A DNA stretch of 64,000 nucleotides from assembly GCA_964593365.1 (NCBI GenBank), contig CAZQGQ010000002.1:21671-85670 (forward strand), in the 5' to 3' direction. This DNA comes from an uncultured Candidatus Saccharibacteria bacterium (GTDB lineage Bacteria > Patescibacteriota > Minisyncoccia > Phycocordibacterales > Phycocordibacteraceae). Under the pieces are notes generated by a model. That model worked only from the letters and a program-made list of their open reading frames with translations. It searched no databases and was not told where the DNA came from. The translations under genes and the position numbers were made by a program. Numbering within the stretch: the first letter of the stretch is position 1; each line of letters opens with the position of its first letter. Below, in pieces: positions 1-9,834 of the stretch.

Positions 1-123
1 GCAAAGCGAGAATCTATTACTGATGAAGATATTCGGAAAATCCTCGACGAAGGAGGAGTACATGCCCGTCAGGTGAGTGAGGCTAAGATGCAGTTAGTGC
101 GAAAGGCTATTGGCGTAGCATAA
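1..123 (+). CDS. trpS: 3' end of probable tryptophanyl-tRNA synthetase (partial)
   Basis: Frame 1 reads AKRESITDEDIRKILDEGGVHARQVSEAKMQLVRKAIGVA*, resembling the TrpRS C-terminal helix; directly upstream of aspS. Confidence 0.6.
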   Translation, partial: AKRESITDEDIRKILDEGGVHARQVSEAKMQLVRKAIGVA

Positions 124-130
124 TACTCAT

Positions 131-1525
131 ATGAAAGATCGAATACTCATTGGAGACCTTGGGAAGCACGTGGGGGAAACCGTAACCATCGCCGGATGGG
201 TAGATGTGCGTCGTGACCAGGGCAAGATGGTGTTTTTTGATTTCCGAGACATGAGCGGGATGGTGCAGGGTGTTGTGCTTCCGAAAAGTGAGGCTATGGA
301 TGCCGCCAAAGAAGTTCGATCTGAATTTGTTATTACCGTTACAGGTATTGTAAACAAGCGACCTGAAAAGAACGTACAGGCAGACAAGCTCAACGGCGAC
401 ATTGAGCTTGAGGTGACGGGAATCGAGATACTAAACCCTGCAGAGACGCTTCCGTTTGATATAACGACTGACACGAGCGGGATAGACGAACAGGTTCGAC
501 TCCAGTACCGCTATCTTGATTTGCGCTCAAGACGCATGCAAAACAACATGCGCGTGCGAAGCGAATTCATACGACGCTGCCGCGAGCACCTGTTTAGCAA
601 GCTGTTTACTGAAATAGAAACTCCGCTTCTCACCGAGTCCACTCCTGAAGGCTCTCGTGACTTTGTCGTGCCTTCGCGACTTAACCCAGGGAAGTTCTAC
701 GCACTTCCTCAGTCTCCCCAGCAATACAAGCAGCTTTTGATGACGGCAGGATTTGAACGCTACTTCCAGATCGCACGAGCCGTGCGTGATGAGGACCTTC
801 GTGCCGACCGCGGTTTCGAGCATAGCCAAATAGATATCGAGATGTCGTTCGTCACTATGGAGGACGTTATGGCGGCCGTAGAGGATATGATCACGACTGT
901 TGTTGAAGGCATGGGATACACGATTAAAGAGAAGCCATTTCCGCGCATTTCCTATAAAGATGCAATGGAAAAACACGGTGCAGATAAATTTGATCTACGC
1001 ACAGAAGAGGAGAAGCAGCAGGGCATTCTCGCATACGCGTGGGTAGTTAATTTCCCGTTCTTTGAGAAAACGGATGACGGTAAATGGACCTTCACTCACA
1101 ACCCGTTCTCAATGCCTATCCCTGAGCATGTTGAATGGCTTATGAAGGGGGAACACATAGAAGACATCCTTACGACGCAGTACGATCTCGTTTGCAACGG
1201 ATACGAATCAGGAGGGGGCTCAGTACGAGCACATCGTCCTGAGATCCTAGAAGCGACCTACAAAGTGATGGGATTCTCTAAAGATGAGATGGCAGAGCGA
1301 GTTGGACACATGCTAGACGCCTTTAAGTACGGAACTCCGCCCCATGGAGGCATCGCCCTTGGCGTCGAACGCAATATCATGAACTTGACCGGCGAAACCT
1401 ATCTTCGAGAAGTGCAGGCGTTTCCGATGACCCGTGGAGGACAGACTTCTGTGATGAAGGCACCAAAACCTCTGGAGAAGAAGCAGCTTGATGAGCTTGG
1501 ACTTGAACTAAAGAAAAAAGCATGA
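131..1525 (+). CDS. aspS: Aspartyl-tRNA synthetase, short form lacking the GAD insertion
   Basis: OB-fold start GWV..RRD.G, RL.YRYLDLR, STPEGSRDF, YALPQSPQQYKQLLM, PPHGGIALG; only 464 aa. Confidence 0.95.
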   Translation: MKDRILIGDLGKHVGETVTIAGWVDVRRDQGKMVFFDFRDMSGMVQGVVLPKSEAMDAAKEVRSEFVITVTGIVNKRPEKNVQADKLNGDIELEVTGIEILNPAETLPFDITTDTSGIDEQVRLQYRYLDLRSRRMQNNMRVRSEFIRRCREHLFSKLFTEIETPLLTESTPEGSRDFVVPSRLNPGKFYALPQSPQQYKQLLMTAGFERYFQIARAVRDEDLRADRGFEHSQIDIEMSFVTMEDVMAAVEDMITTVVEGMGYTIKEKPFPRISYKDAMEKHGADKFDLRTEEEKQQGILAYAWVVNFPFFEKTDDGKWTFTHNPFSMPIPEHVEWLMKGEHIEDILTTQYDLVCNGYESGGGSVRAHRPEILEATYKVMGFSKDEMAERVGHMLDAFKYGTPPHGGIALGVERNIMNLTGETYLREVQAFPMTRGGQTSVMKAPKPLEKKQLDELGLELKKKA

Positions 1526-2937
1526 ACATAACATTTGGAACGCAAATAGAGAAAGCACCAAAAGGGTATACCCGCGTCAAACTCACAACCGAAGCACGGG
1601 GAATCAAGCGTCTCGTGCGCGAAGACGGTGCCGATTGGCTTGAGATTGGAGCAGGGAAACCTTCAGATATGAATCTTCGTCGGTTCATTATTCTTTGTCG
1701 ATCTATCATCCAGGCTGCAAAGCAAAACAAATCAAAGAAAATTGCGCTGCAATTTGATGCAACGCCAGAACTCTTCAAGAATCTACAGAACATTACGCCA
1801 GAAGAAATTTCTTCGATTGCCGCTCAGAACTTCGAGATGGCTAACTTCGAGTTCACCACGTATAAGACAAAGCCGAAAAGTGGCTGGAACATCGTTGAAG
1901 ACCTTTTGCTTTGCGGAAAATCATACAAATCAATACACGCGGCTGCTAAGCGAGGACAGACGATAGGAGAAGCAGTAAACGCATGCCGTGCGCTCGCAAA
2001 CACTCCCGGAGGTGACATGACTCCTACGCGACTCGCCAAGGAAGCAAAGGATTCGGTCAAAGGTCTCCCCGTTGCCGTTAAAACCTTGAGCAAGGCAGAG
2101 ATACAGAAAGAAGGCATGGGACTTCTCCTTGGCGTTGCCCAAGGCTCTCCATTTCCTCCAAGCTTCACGATTATGGATTACAAGGGAGGAGCGGGTAAGC
2201 CGATCGTCCTTATCGGTAAAGGTGTCACTTTCGACAGCGGAGGACTGAACCTTAAGTCTGAGTCTGGAATCTATGAAATGCACATGGACATGTCGGGAGC
2301 TGCAGCGGTTATTCACGCAGTTGCGCTTGCTGCTCGCTTGAAGATAAAGAAGCGTGTCATCGGTCTTATCCCTGCAGTCGAGAACGCTCCAGGAAGCTAT
2401 GCCTATCGACCGGGAGACGTCTTGAAGTCTATGGCAGGGAAAACGGTTGAAGTACTGAACACTGACGCGGAAGGTCGTCTCATCCTTGCTGACGCTATTA
2501 CCTATGCCAAACGTTTGAAACCGTCTGTTGTAGTCGACGCGGCTACCTTGACCGGCGCATCAATGGTCGCACTTGGCCTCTATGCAAGCGGCCTCATGAC
2601 GCGTAACGACGAGCTTGCAGACGAGCTGCTCCAGCTTGGAGAGCAGACTGGGGATTATCTCTGGCGATTGCCGCTCTGGGACGAGTACGAAGAGGGGGTC
2701 AAAAGCTCCTTTGCAGATATAGCGAATGTTCCCGGGAACGGGGCATCAGCGCGCTATGGAGGAGCTACTAATGGCGGCATGTTTCTCTGGCAGTTTGCCA
2801 AAGAACTTGAGTGTCCATGGGCGCACCTTGATATAGCTCCGCGTATGACTTCTGCTCCAGGAGACGAGCTCGCCAAGGGAGCTGCCGGTGCTCCGGTGCG
2901 ACTGCTTCTATCCTTTATCGAGTCATGGAAAGCGTAG
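1522..2937 (+). CDS. pepA: Leucyl aminopeptidase (M17)
   Basis: GKGVTFDSGG, DMSGAA, NTDAEGRL, ATLTGA, WAHLDIA motifs. Confidence 0.95.
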   Translation: MNITFGTQIEKAPKGYTRVKLTTEARGIKRLVREDGADWLEIGAGKPSDMNLRRFIILCRSIIQAAKQNKSKKIALQFDATPELFKNLQNITPEEISSIAAQNFEMANFEFTTYKTKPKSGWNIVEDLLLCGKSYKSIHAAAKRGQTIGEAVNACRALANTPGGDMTPTRLAKEAKDSVKGLPVAVKTLSKAEIQKEGMGLLLGVAQGSPFPPSFTIMDYKGGAGKPIVLIGKGVTFDSGGLNLKSESGIYEMHMDMSGAAAVIHAVALAARLKIKKRVIGLIPAVENAPGSYAYRPGDVLKSMAGKTVEVLNTDAEGRLILADAITYAKRLKPSVVVDAATLTGASMVALGLYASGLMTRNDELADELLQLGEQTGDYLWRLPLWDEYEEGVKSSFADIANVPGNGASARYGGATNGGMFLWQFAKELECPWAHLDIAPRMTSAPGDELAKGAAGAPVRLLLSFIESWKA

Positions 2938-3662
2938 CGACGTCAGGATTCCAGATACGGACCGAGGTGTACGAGGGACCTCTCGGGGTTCTGCTTGAGC
3001 TTATCCAAGAGAGGAAACTCCTGGTGAACGACTTCTCACTCTCTAAGGTCACCGATGAGTTCATTGCGTATGTGCGAGGACAAGGAAAGTTCCCGATAGA
3101 GGATGCTGCTGATTTCATTCAGATCGCCGCGACGCTGCTTCTCATAAAATCGAAGTCACTTATCCCTGACCTTGAACTCTCGGGAGACGAGGAGGAAGAC
3201 ATTGATGATCTCAAGCTCCGCTTGCTTGCCTATGAGCGGGCGAGGGAAGCAGCGAAAGAACTTTCCCGCATCTTCGGGCGCTCAGTGATGGTATCTGCGG
3301 GAGAACGCCTTCCAGACGTTGTCTTTGCGCCAAGCAAGGATATGACGCTTCAGAATCTTGAACGAGCGCTTCAGGAAGCACTCGCAGCGATGGAAAAGGA
3401 AGAAAAGCTTCCTGAGACACGCGTGCGCCCCATGGTCACTATCGAAGAGATGATGGATCGCCTGATGACGCGTGTACAAAGCGCACTCACTTTGTCTTTC
3501 TCTGAGTTTTCAGGAGGAGTGAAAGAGAAGGTGGAGGTGATCGTTTCGTTCCTAGCGATGCTTGAGCTTGTAAAGCAGGGAGCGATTGACGTTGCCCAGC
3601 ATGGGACGTTTTCGGAGATACGAATTACGAATACAACAGCGGATCTGCCTAAGTACGAATAG
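2925..3662 (+). CDS. scpA: Segregation and condensation protein A
   Basis: YEGPL..LL.LI, AATLLLIKSKSLIP, FLAMLELVK motifs. Confidence 0.92.
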   Translation: MESVATSGFQIRTEVYEGPLGVLLELIQERKLLVNDFSLSKVTDEFIAYVRGQGKFPIEDAADFIQIAATLLLIKSKSLIPDLELSGDEEEDIDDLKLRLLAYERAREAAKELSRIFGRSVMVSAGERLPDVVFAPSKDMTLQNLERALQEALAAMEKEEKLPETRVRPMVTIEEMMDRLMTRVQSALTLSFSEFSGGVKEKVEVIVSFLAMLELVKQGAIDVAQHGTFSEIRITNTTADLPKYE

Positions 3663-3665
3663 CGC

Positions 3666-4118
3666 ATGCCTCACATCCACGAAAAGATAGATTTCACCGT
3701 TGAGGTGTTTATCGTCCATAGGGATAAAGTTCTCCTAAGGAAGCACGACAAGTACGGCATCTGGCTTTCGATCGGCGGACACATCGAACTCGACGAAGAT
3801 CCAAACCAAGCTGCTCTTCGAGAGGTAAAGGAGGAAGTTGGTCTAGACATCGAACTCTATGACACCAGAGGCTTTACGCACGAGGAGAACGACTTTAAGG
3901 AACTCGTTGCTCCGATAGCACAGAACCGCCATAGGATCTCACCGACTCATGAGCACGTTAGTTCAGTGTACTTTGGGCGAGCTACATCAGACGTCGTTAT
4001 TCCAGAAAAGGAAACTGATGAGTGGAAATGGTATACGGTAGAAAACCTCGATACGCTTGATGGGATACGTCCCGACGTCGCTTATTACGCCAAACGCGCG
4101 ATCAAAGAGCTTTCGTAA
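3666..4118 (+). CDS. NUDIX hydrolase
   Basis: Nudix box GGHIELDEDPNQAALREVKEEVG. Confidence 0.9.
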   Translation: MPHIHEKIDFTVEVFIVHRDKVLLRKHDKYGIWLSIGGHIELDEDPNQAALREVKEEVGLDIELYDTRGFTHEENDFKELVAPIAQNRHRISPTHEHVSSVYFGRATSDVVIPEKETDEWKWYTVENLDTLDGIRPDVAYYAKRAIKELS

Positions 4119-4886
4119 CTAAAGAACGACAAAAAAGAATAGGAGCGCAAGTACGATTCGGTAGACGCCGAAAGGAATAAACGTATGGCTTCGCACATAT
4201 TGGAGAAGGAACTTGATGGAAGCGAATGCAACGATAAAGGAAATCACGAATCCAACCGCAAGGAGACCGAAGTCGTCAGGTGTGAAGAGTCCTGCGCTCT
4301 TATAAAGATCGAGACCCGTTGCGGCAAACATGACGGGGACCGCAAGCAAGAACGAGAACTCGACGACCGCAACGCGTCCAACGCCAAGCAGCAAACCTCC
4401 GAGGATGGTTGCAGCAGAACGTGAGACTCCAGGGATAATAGCGAGTGACTGGCACACGCCGATCCAAAACGATTGCGTGTAGGAAATGTCTTTAGTTTCC
4501 TTAGCAGCGGATTCTGATTCCTTATGCAGGAGCTCGAACGCGATAAGCGCCACGCCTCCAAGCAAGAGTGCCCAGAGAACTACCTGCGTGTTCTCAAGCA
4601 GATATTCCTTAGCGAATCCATACAAGAGGAGACCGATCACTCCTGTCGGAATAAACGCGACGATGACGCGCTTGAGGATCGCAATATCAAGGAAAGAGCG
4701 CCAGTAGAGAGCAACCACAGCGAGAATGGCTCCGAGCTGTATGGCTATTTCAAAGCTCTTGAGAAACTCTGTTGAGGGAATGCCAAGAAGGTCACTTACC
4801 AGAATCAAGTGACCGGTAGAAGAAACCGGCAGAAATTCTGTGAGTCCTTCAACGACTCCCAAAATGATCGCGTCTAAATAGCTCAT
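4119..4886 (-). CDS. uppP: Undecaprenyl-diphosphate phosphatase (BacA/UppP)
   Basis: EGLTEFLPVSSTGH and PGVSRS motifs; multi-TM. Confidence 0.95.
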   Translation of the reverse strand: MSYLDAIILGVVEGLTEFLPVSSTGHLILVSDLLGIPSTEFLKSFEIAIQLGAILAVVALYWRSFLDIAILKRVIVAFIPTGVIGLLLYGFAKEYLLENTQVVLWALLLGGVALIAFELLHKESESAAKETKDISYTQSFWIGVCQSLAIIPGVSRSAATILGGLLLGVGRVAVVEFSFLLAVPVMFAATGLDLYKSAGLFTPDDFGLLAVGFVISFIVAFASIKFLLQYVRSHTFIPFGVYRIVLALLFFFVVL

Positions 4887-4951
4887 GTGGCCCCTAGTAT
4901 ACCGCGAGCGCTTTGCCCCAAGGGCTTAGCGCGGTATTCTGTAGCCTATCT

Positions 4952-5497
4952 ATGCAGCTTACGCCCCCAGCACTCCTTGAAGCGCTCCTCTTCTCTGCAG
5001 GAGAGCCAATAGCCAAAAAGCGCCTTGCATCCCTCATTGGGGTCACTCCTGACATGCTCGAGAAGGCAGTTGAAGTCCTCAAAGATGACCTAGCGACTCG
5101 AGGTCTTTCTTTAGTTGAAACGGACGACGAGCTTGAGCTTCGCACCTCGCCTGAAGCAGCTGATTTTGTGAAAAAGCTCCGAGAGGCAGAACTGTCACGC
5201 GACCTTGGAAAGGCAAGCCTTGAGACACTTGCGATCGTGCTCTATAAGGGAAGCGCAACTCGAGGAGAGATCGATTGGGTGCGAGGCGTGAATTCGTCTG
5301 CAGCACTCCGCTCCCTTATGCTTCGCGGACTGGTTGAGCGAACCGAAGACACGACTGACCGACGTCGTGCTCGTTATAAGACCACCATCGATGCGCTTGC
5401 GCACCTTGGCGTTACCGAACGCTCCGCGCTCCCGCGCTATGAGGAACTGACCGGCATGCTTGATGAGCGAGCAGTCTCTGAAGAAACACCTGCATGA
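4952..5497 (+). CDS. scpB: Segregation and condensation protein B
   Basis: LEALLF..GEP, LS..SLETLAIV.Y, RGEID.VRGVNS; ATG 4952 chosen over TTG 4913. Confidence 0.92.
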   Translation: MQLTPPALLEALLFSAGEPIAKKRLASLIGVTPDMLEKAVEVLKDDLATRGLSLVETDDELELRTSPEAADFVKKLREAELSRDLGKASLETLAIVLYKGSATRGEIDWVRGVNSSAALRSLMLRGLVERTEDTTDRRRARYKTTIDALAHLGVTERSALPRYEELTGMLDERAVSEETPA

Positions 5498-6432
5498 TTA
5501 ATCTCGGACACATCTTCTCGAAGCTTCAGGCACGCGAACACGCTGGGCTTTTCTTTGCAGGTCTTGCGCTTGTGCTTGCTGTAGGCGCGCTTGGTACCGC
5601 TCAGTTTCTTGCGCGTCCAGAACCGGTGGTCGTTGAAACTCCAGCGCCAGCGCCAAATCCATACGGGAAGGTCGTGCTTACTGCTAAAGCAGCGATCGTG
5701 TACGACCTCATAACCGGCGAGGTGCTCTACGAGAAGAACGCGGAAGCCCAGCTCCCACTTGCGTCTCTCACAAAGCTTTTGACCTTGTACGCAGCAGCTG
5801 ACGCACTTGCCGGAGGAGCGCCAGTCCCGATGACTGCGGCTTCGCTTGCCCAAGAAGGAGATAACGGATTTAGCGAAGGAGAGCGATTCACATTCACCGA
5901 ACTTGCAAAGCTTGCTCTGGTCGCTTCATCAAATGACGCGGCTGATGCTATTGCCGTTGCCGCAGAGAGAAGCCGAGGAATGGATAAGGAACAATTGCTT
6001 GCGGCAGCGGGAAGCGCCGTTGGGCTTTCGCAGACCTACACGCTAAACGGAACAGGACTTGATGAAAGCAGCATCATTTCAGGCGGCTATGGATCCGCAC
6101 GCGATATGGCGCTTCTTGCAGGAGCCTTTCTTGAGCGCGTTCCTGGAATTGCCAGGGCAACATTGAACGCAACAGTGTCTGCAACCTCCCTTGATGGCCG
6201 CTCCTACACGCTTGAGAACACGAACCCCGAAGTCTCTACTATCCCAGGACTGCGCCTTTCAAAGACAGGGTATACGGATCTTGCAGGCGGGAACCTCGCG
6301 ATCGTCTTTGATGCTGGAATGAACCATCCGATCGCCGTGGTCGTTCTTGGCTCGACGCGGGAGGAACGATTTAGCGACGTTGATAAGCTCGTTCGCGCAA
6401 CAGCTTCTTCCTTTGCAGGACTCCTTCCATGA
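5494..6432 (+). CDS. D-alanyl-D-alanine carboxypeptidase (peptidase S11), membrane anchored
   Basis: SxxK (ASLTK), SxN (SSND), KTG motifs; N-terminal TM. Confidence 0.9.
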   Translation: MINLGHIFSKLQAREHAGLFFAGLALVLAVGALGTAQFLARPEPVVVETPAPAPNPYGKVVLTAKAAIVYDLITGEVLYEKNAEAQLPLASLTKLLTLYAAADALAGGAPVPMTAASLAQEGDNGFSEGERFTFTELAKLALVASSNDAADAIAVAAERSRGMDKEQLLAAAGSAVGLSQTYTLNGTGLDESSIISGGYGSARDMALLAGAFLERVPGIARATLNATVSATSLDGRSYTLENTNPEVSTIPGLRLSKTGYTDLAGGNLAIVFDAGMNHPIAVVVLGSTREERFSDVDKLVRATASSFAGLLP

Positions 6433-7490
6433 TTCTCGACGCCGCACGAGTCCTGATTCCGTTCATCCTCGCCTTTGCGACAGGAATCATACTCGCGCCC
6501 CTACTCGCTAACGAGCTCTACCGCAGGAAAGCCTGGAAGAAGAAAGCAGGGAAGGGAAACGGAATGGGAGATGAAAACGGCACTCCTTTGTTTGATGAAC
6601 TGCATCGGGAGCATGAGATGCGTGCGCCTCGCATGGGCGGCATGTTGGTATGGGCATCGGTTGCCTTAACCGCCTTTGGACTCGTGATTCTCGCATATTT
6701 GTTTAATGGCGTGTTCTCGCTTCTTGATTTCGTGAATCGCGGACAAACGTGGCTTCCGCTTGTCGCGCTCCTGGTTGGCGGGGTCGCTGGCTTATTCGAT
6801 GACTTCCTAGAAGTGAAAAGCGGGACGGGAGGACTTAAGCTTCGTTGGAGACTTTTAGTTGTAGCTATCATGGGCGCGTTTGCAGGCTGGTGGTTTTTTG
6901 AAAAGCTTGGCGTCTCCGCAGTCGGCCTGCCGTTCTTTGGTCCCTTCGAACTTGGTCTTCTGTTCATTCCGTTTTTCATACTGGTAACACTGGCTTTGTA
7001 CGCAAGCGGAGTAATAGACGGGATTGATGGACTTGCCGGGGGCGTGTTCGCGATTATCTTCATGGCCTATGCGGGAATCGCGTTTGCACAAAACCAGATC
7101 GCACTCTCGGCCTTTGCAGCAGCGGTTTCTGGCGGCTTGTTCGCATTCCTCTGGTTTAACGTGCCGCCTGCGCGCTTCTACCTTTCCGAGACCGGAACGA
7201 TGGCGCTCACGCTCGCGCTTGCCGTAACCGCCTTTTCAACCGACGTGCTTGGGGATGGGGTAGGGGTGGGTGTTCTTCCCTTTATCGCGCTTCCGCTTGC
7301 AGCCACCGTCGGTACGAGCGTTCTCCAGGTGCTCTGGAAGAAAATATGGAAGAAGAAGCTGTTTCGCATCGCTCCTATCCATCATCACTTTGAAGCGGTC
7401 GGCTGGCCGCCTTACAAGGTGACTATGCGCTATTGGATCATCACGATTATCGCGAGCGTGTTTGGTCTTGCGATGGCGCTTTTGAAATAA
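6429..7490 (+). CDS. mraY: Phospho-N-acetylmuramoyl-pentapeptide transferase
   Basis: PRMGG, GLFDD, DGIDGL, APIHHHFE motifs. Confidence 0.93.
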   Translation: MILDAARVLIPFILAFATGIILAPLLANELYRRKAWKKKAGKGNGMGDENGTPLFDELHREHEMRAPRMGGMLVWASVALTAFGLVILAYLFNGVFSLLDFVNRGQTWLPLVALLVGGVAGLFDDFLEVKSGTGGLKLRWRLLVVAIMGAFAGWWFFEKLGVSAVGLPFFGPFELGLLFIPFFILVTLALYASGVIDGIDGLAGGVFAIIFMAYAGIAFAQNQIALSAFAAAVSGGLFAFLWFNVPPARFYLSETGTMALTLALAVTAFSTDVLGDGVGVGVLPFIALPLAATVGTSVLQVLWKKIWKKKLFRIAPIHHHFEAVGWPPYKVTMRYWIITIIASVFGLAMALLK

Positions 7491-7547
7491 ACGAGGCCTC
7501 TCAACTATAAGTATGGGTGAGGGCAGTGTAAGATTTGCGCAGAGCCT

Positions 7548-8657
7548 ATGAGAAAAACCATTTCCGGCGACCGCGTTTTCTTCTTTATCGTCCTCATTCT
7601 CGTTGTTGGAGGCATCGCTACCTTTGCCTCTGCTGCCCTTGGCCTTCTTGCGCGCCCAGACTCAGCGCTCGGCCGGCTTGCGTTCACCCAGCTTGCGCTT
7701 GGACTTATTCCGGGTGTGATCGCCCTTCTCATTCTTCGCTTCTCTCCGCAGGCATTGATCGCTCAAGGGGCACCATGGATCTATGGCATTACGGTTGTAG
7801 CGACAGCGCTCGTGTTTGTCCCGGGACTTGGAGAGACGGTGAACGGAGCCACGCGCTGGATTGATGTTGGGTTTACGACTATTCAGCCAGGGGAGTTCCT
7901 GAAGATAGGCGTGGTGCTCATGCTCGCATTTCATCTTGCCCGAGTGAAAGGGAAGCTGCATGAGTTTTCGCATGGCCTTATCCCGTTCTTGCTCATCGTC
8001 GGGGTTCCGTCGCTTATTCTCTTGCTCCAGCCAAACACCTCAACAGTGATCGTGATCGGCATCATGGCGACGGCGCTCTACATTCTTGCTGGCGCTCCGT
8101 TTCGCGATATCGCGATCATAGGCGTTATCGCGGTCGTATTGCTTGGCGTCCTTCTTATGATGCGACCGTACTTGATGGATCGAGTTGCGACGTACTTCGA
8201 TCCCGCCCGAGACCCGCTCTCTTCCGGATATCAGATCCAGCAATCCTTGATCGCCATTGGTTCCGGGCAGATCATTGGCCGCGGATTCGGGCAAAGCGCT
8301 CAGAAGTTTAATTATCTTCCTGAACCGGTAGGGGATTCCGTGTTCGCGGTCTACGGCGAGGAGTTCGGGTTTGTCGGCGCAGTGTTACTCATATTGTTAT
8401 TTACTGCCTTTGCAGCGCGCGGCTTTTACATTGCCTCTTATGCGTCCACTATGTTCGGTTCGCTCACTGCGGCGGGCCTGACGCTCATCATCGTCATCTC
8501 GGCGTTCTTGAATATCGGAGCGATGCTTGCCATTTTGCCATTGACCGGATTGCCGCTTCCGTTTGTCTCCCACGGAGGAACCGCACTTTTGGCGGCCCTG
8601 GCTTCGGTTGGGATCATCTTGAACGTCGCCGCGCACCGCAAATCTAAGCGGGCCTAG
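7548..8657 (+). CDS. ftsW: SEDS peptidoglycan glycosyltransferase FtsW
   Basis: NGATRWI, QPGEFLK, GYQIQQS, PLTGLPLPFVSHGG; lies between mraY and murG. Confidence 0.9.
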   Translation: MRKTISGDRVFFFIVLILVVGGIATFASAALGLLARPDSALGRLAFTQLALGLIPGVIALLILRFSPQALIAQGAPWIYGITVVATALVFVPGLGETVNGATRWIDVGFTTIQPGEFLKIGVVLMLAFHLARVKGKLHEFSHGLIPFLLIVGVPSLILLLQPNTSTVIVIGIMATALYILAGAPFRDIAIIGVIAVVLLGVLLMMRPYLMDRVATYFDPARDPLSSGYQIQQSLIAIGSGQIIGRGFGQSAQKFNYLPEPVGDSVFAVYGEEFGFVGAVLLILLFTAFAARGFYIASYASTMFGSLTAAGLTLIIVISAFLNIGAMLAILPLTGLPLPFVSHGGTALLAALASVGIILNVAAHRKSKRA

Positions 8658-8682
8658 AGTGTTATAATCGCGGGATACTGCC

Positions 8683-9834
8683 ATGAAAGTCGTATTTACG
8701 GGAAGCGGGACGGGCGGACATTTCTACCCCAACATAGCCGTCGCAGAATCCATGCGAGCTATTGCTCGTGAGCGCAGGCTCCTTATGCCGCGCCTCTACT
8801 ACCTTGCCCCCTCAGCTTTCGATCAGGAGGCCCTCTTTGAGAACGAGATCATCTTTATACGTTGCCCTGCAGGGAAGTGGCGCAGGTATTTCTCCTTCCA
8901 GAACTTCACCGACCTATTTGTAACCGGGCTTGGGTTTATCTCTGCGATCTTCTCGCTCTTTCGCATCTATCCGGATGTCGTCTTTTCTAAAGGAGGGTAT
9001 GCGAGCGTTCCGGTCGTACTTGCTGCGCGCATGCTTGGCATTCCGGTGATGATCCATGAGTCAGACGCAAAGCCAGGGCGCGCCAACATCATGGCTTCAG
9101 GTTTTGCTATGCGCATCGCGGTTGCCTTTGATAGCGCGTCTGCTTATTTTCCGAAGAAAACACGGAGCAAGATCGCACGTACTGGTATCCCGATCCGATC
9201 GGGACTCACGCGTCCAGAGCCTGAAGGTGCTCGCGAAGAATTGAAGCTCGATATGTCCGTCCCTACCATCCTCATTCTTGGAGGGTCCTCAGGAGCACAG
9301 CGTTTGAATGACATCGTGCTTGGGGCATTGCCCGAGCTTATCGAGGAAGCCAACGTCATCCACCAGACCGGGAAAGATAACTTCCAGGGAGTCGAGGCGC
9401 TTGCGCGCTTGGTGCTTGAAAAGGGAGGCAACGCAGCTCGCTACCATCCGTTCCCATTCCTTTCGGTTCTTTCGCTTCGCCGAGGCGCAGGTGCAGCTGA
9501 CCTCGTCATCTCTCGCGCAGGCTCGACGACCGTTGCTGAGATCGCGCTATGGAAAAAGCCGGCTATTCTCGTTCCTATTCCTGAGTCCGTGAGCCATGAC
9601 CAGCGTGCAAACGCCTATGCATACGCTAATACCGGGGCTGCCATCGTGATCGAGGAAGCGAACCTCACCGCTCACGTCCTTGCCTCTGAAGTGAAGCGCT
9701 TGCTCGGGGACGCCACACTTCGAAAGACGATGGGAGAACAGAGTTCAACGTTTGCAAACGCAAACGCCGCAAACATCATTGCCGAAGAGATCATCGCGAT
9801 CGGACTTTCGCATGAGCCGATCATCCCGTCATGA
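8683..9834 (+). CDS. murG: MurG glycosyltransferase
   Basis: GTGGHFYP, KGGYAS, HESD, GGSSGA, SRAG, HDQ..NA motifs. Confidence 0.95.
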   Translation: MKVVFTGSGTGGHFYPNIAVAESMRAIARERRLLMPRLYYLAPSAFDQEALFENEIIFIRCPAGKWRRYFSFQNFTDLFVTGLGFISAIFSLFRIYPDVVFSKGGYASVPVVLAARMLGIPVMIHESDAKPGRANIMASGFAMRIAVAFDSASAYFPKKTRSKIARTGIPIRSGLTRPEPEGAREELKLDMSVPTILILGGSSGAQRLNDIVLGALPELIEEANVIHQTGKDNFQGVEALARLVLEKGGNAARYHPFPFLSVLSLRRGAGAADLVISRAGSTTVAEIALWKKPAILVPIPESVSHDQRANAYAYANTGAAIVIEEANLTAHVLASEVKRLLGDATLRKTMGEQSSTFANANAANIIAEEIIAIGLSHEPIIPS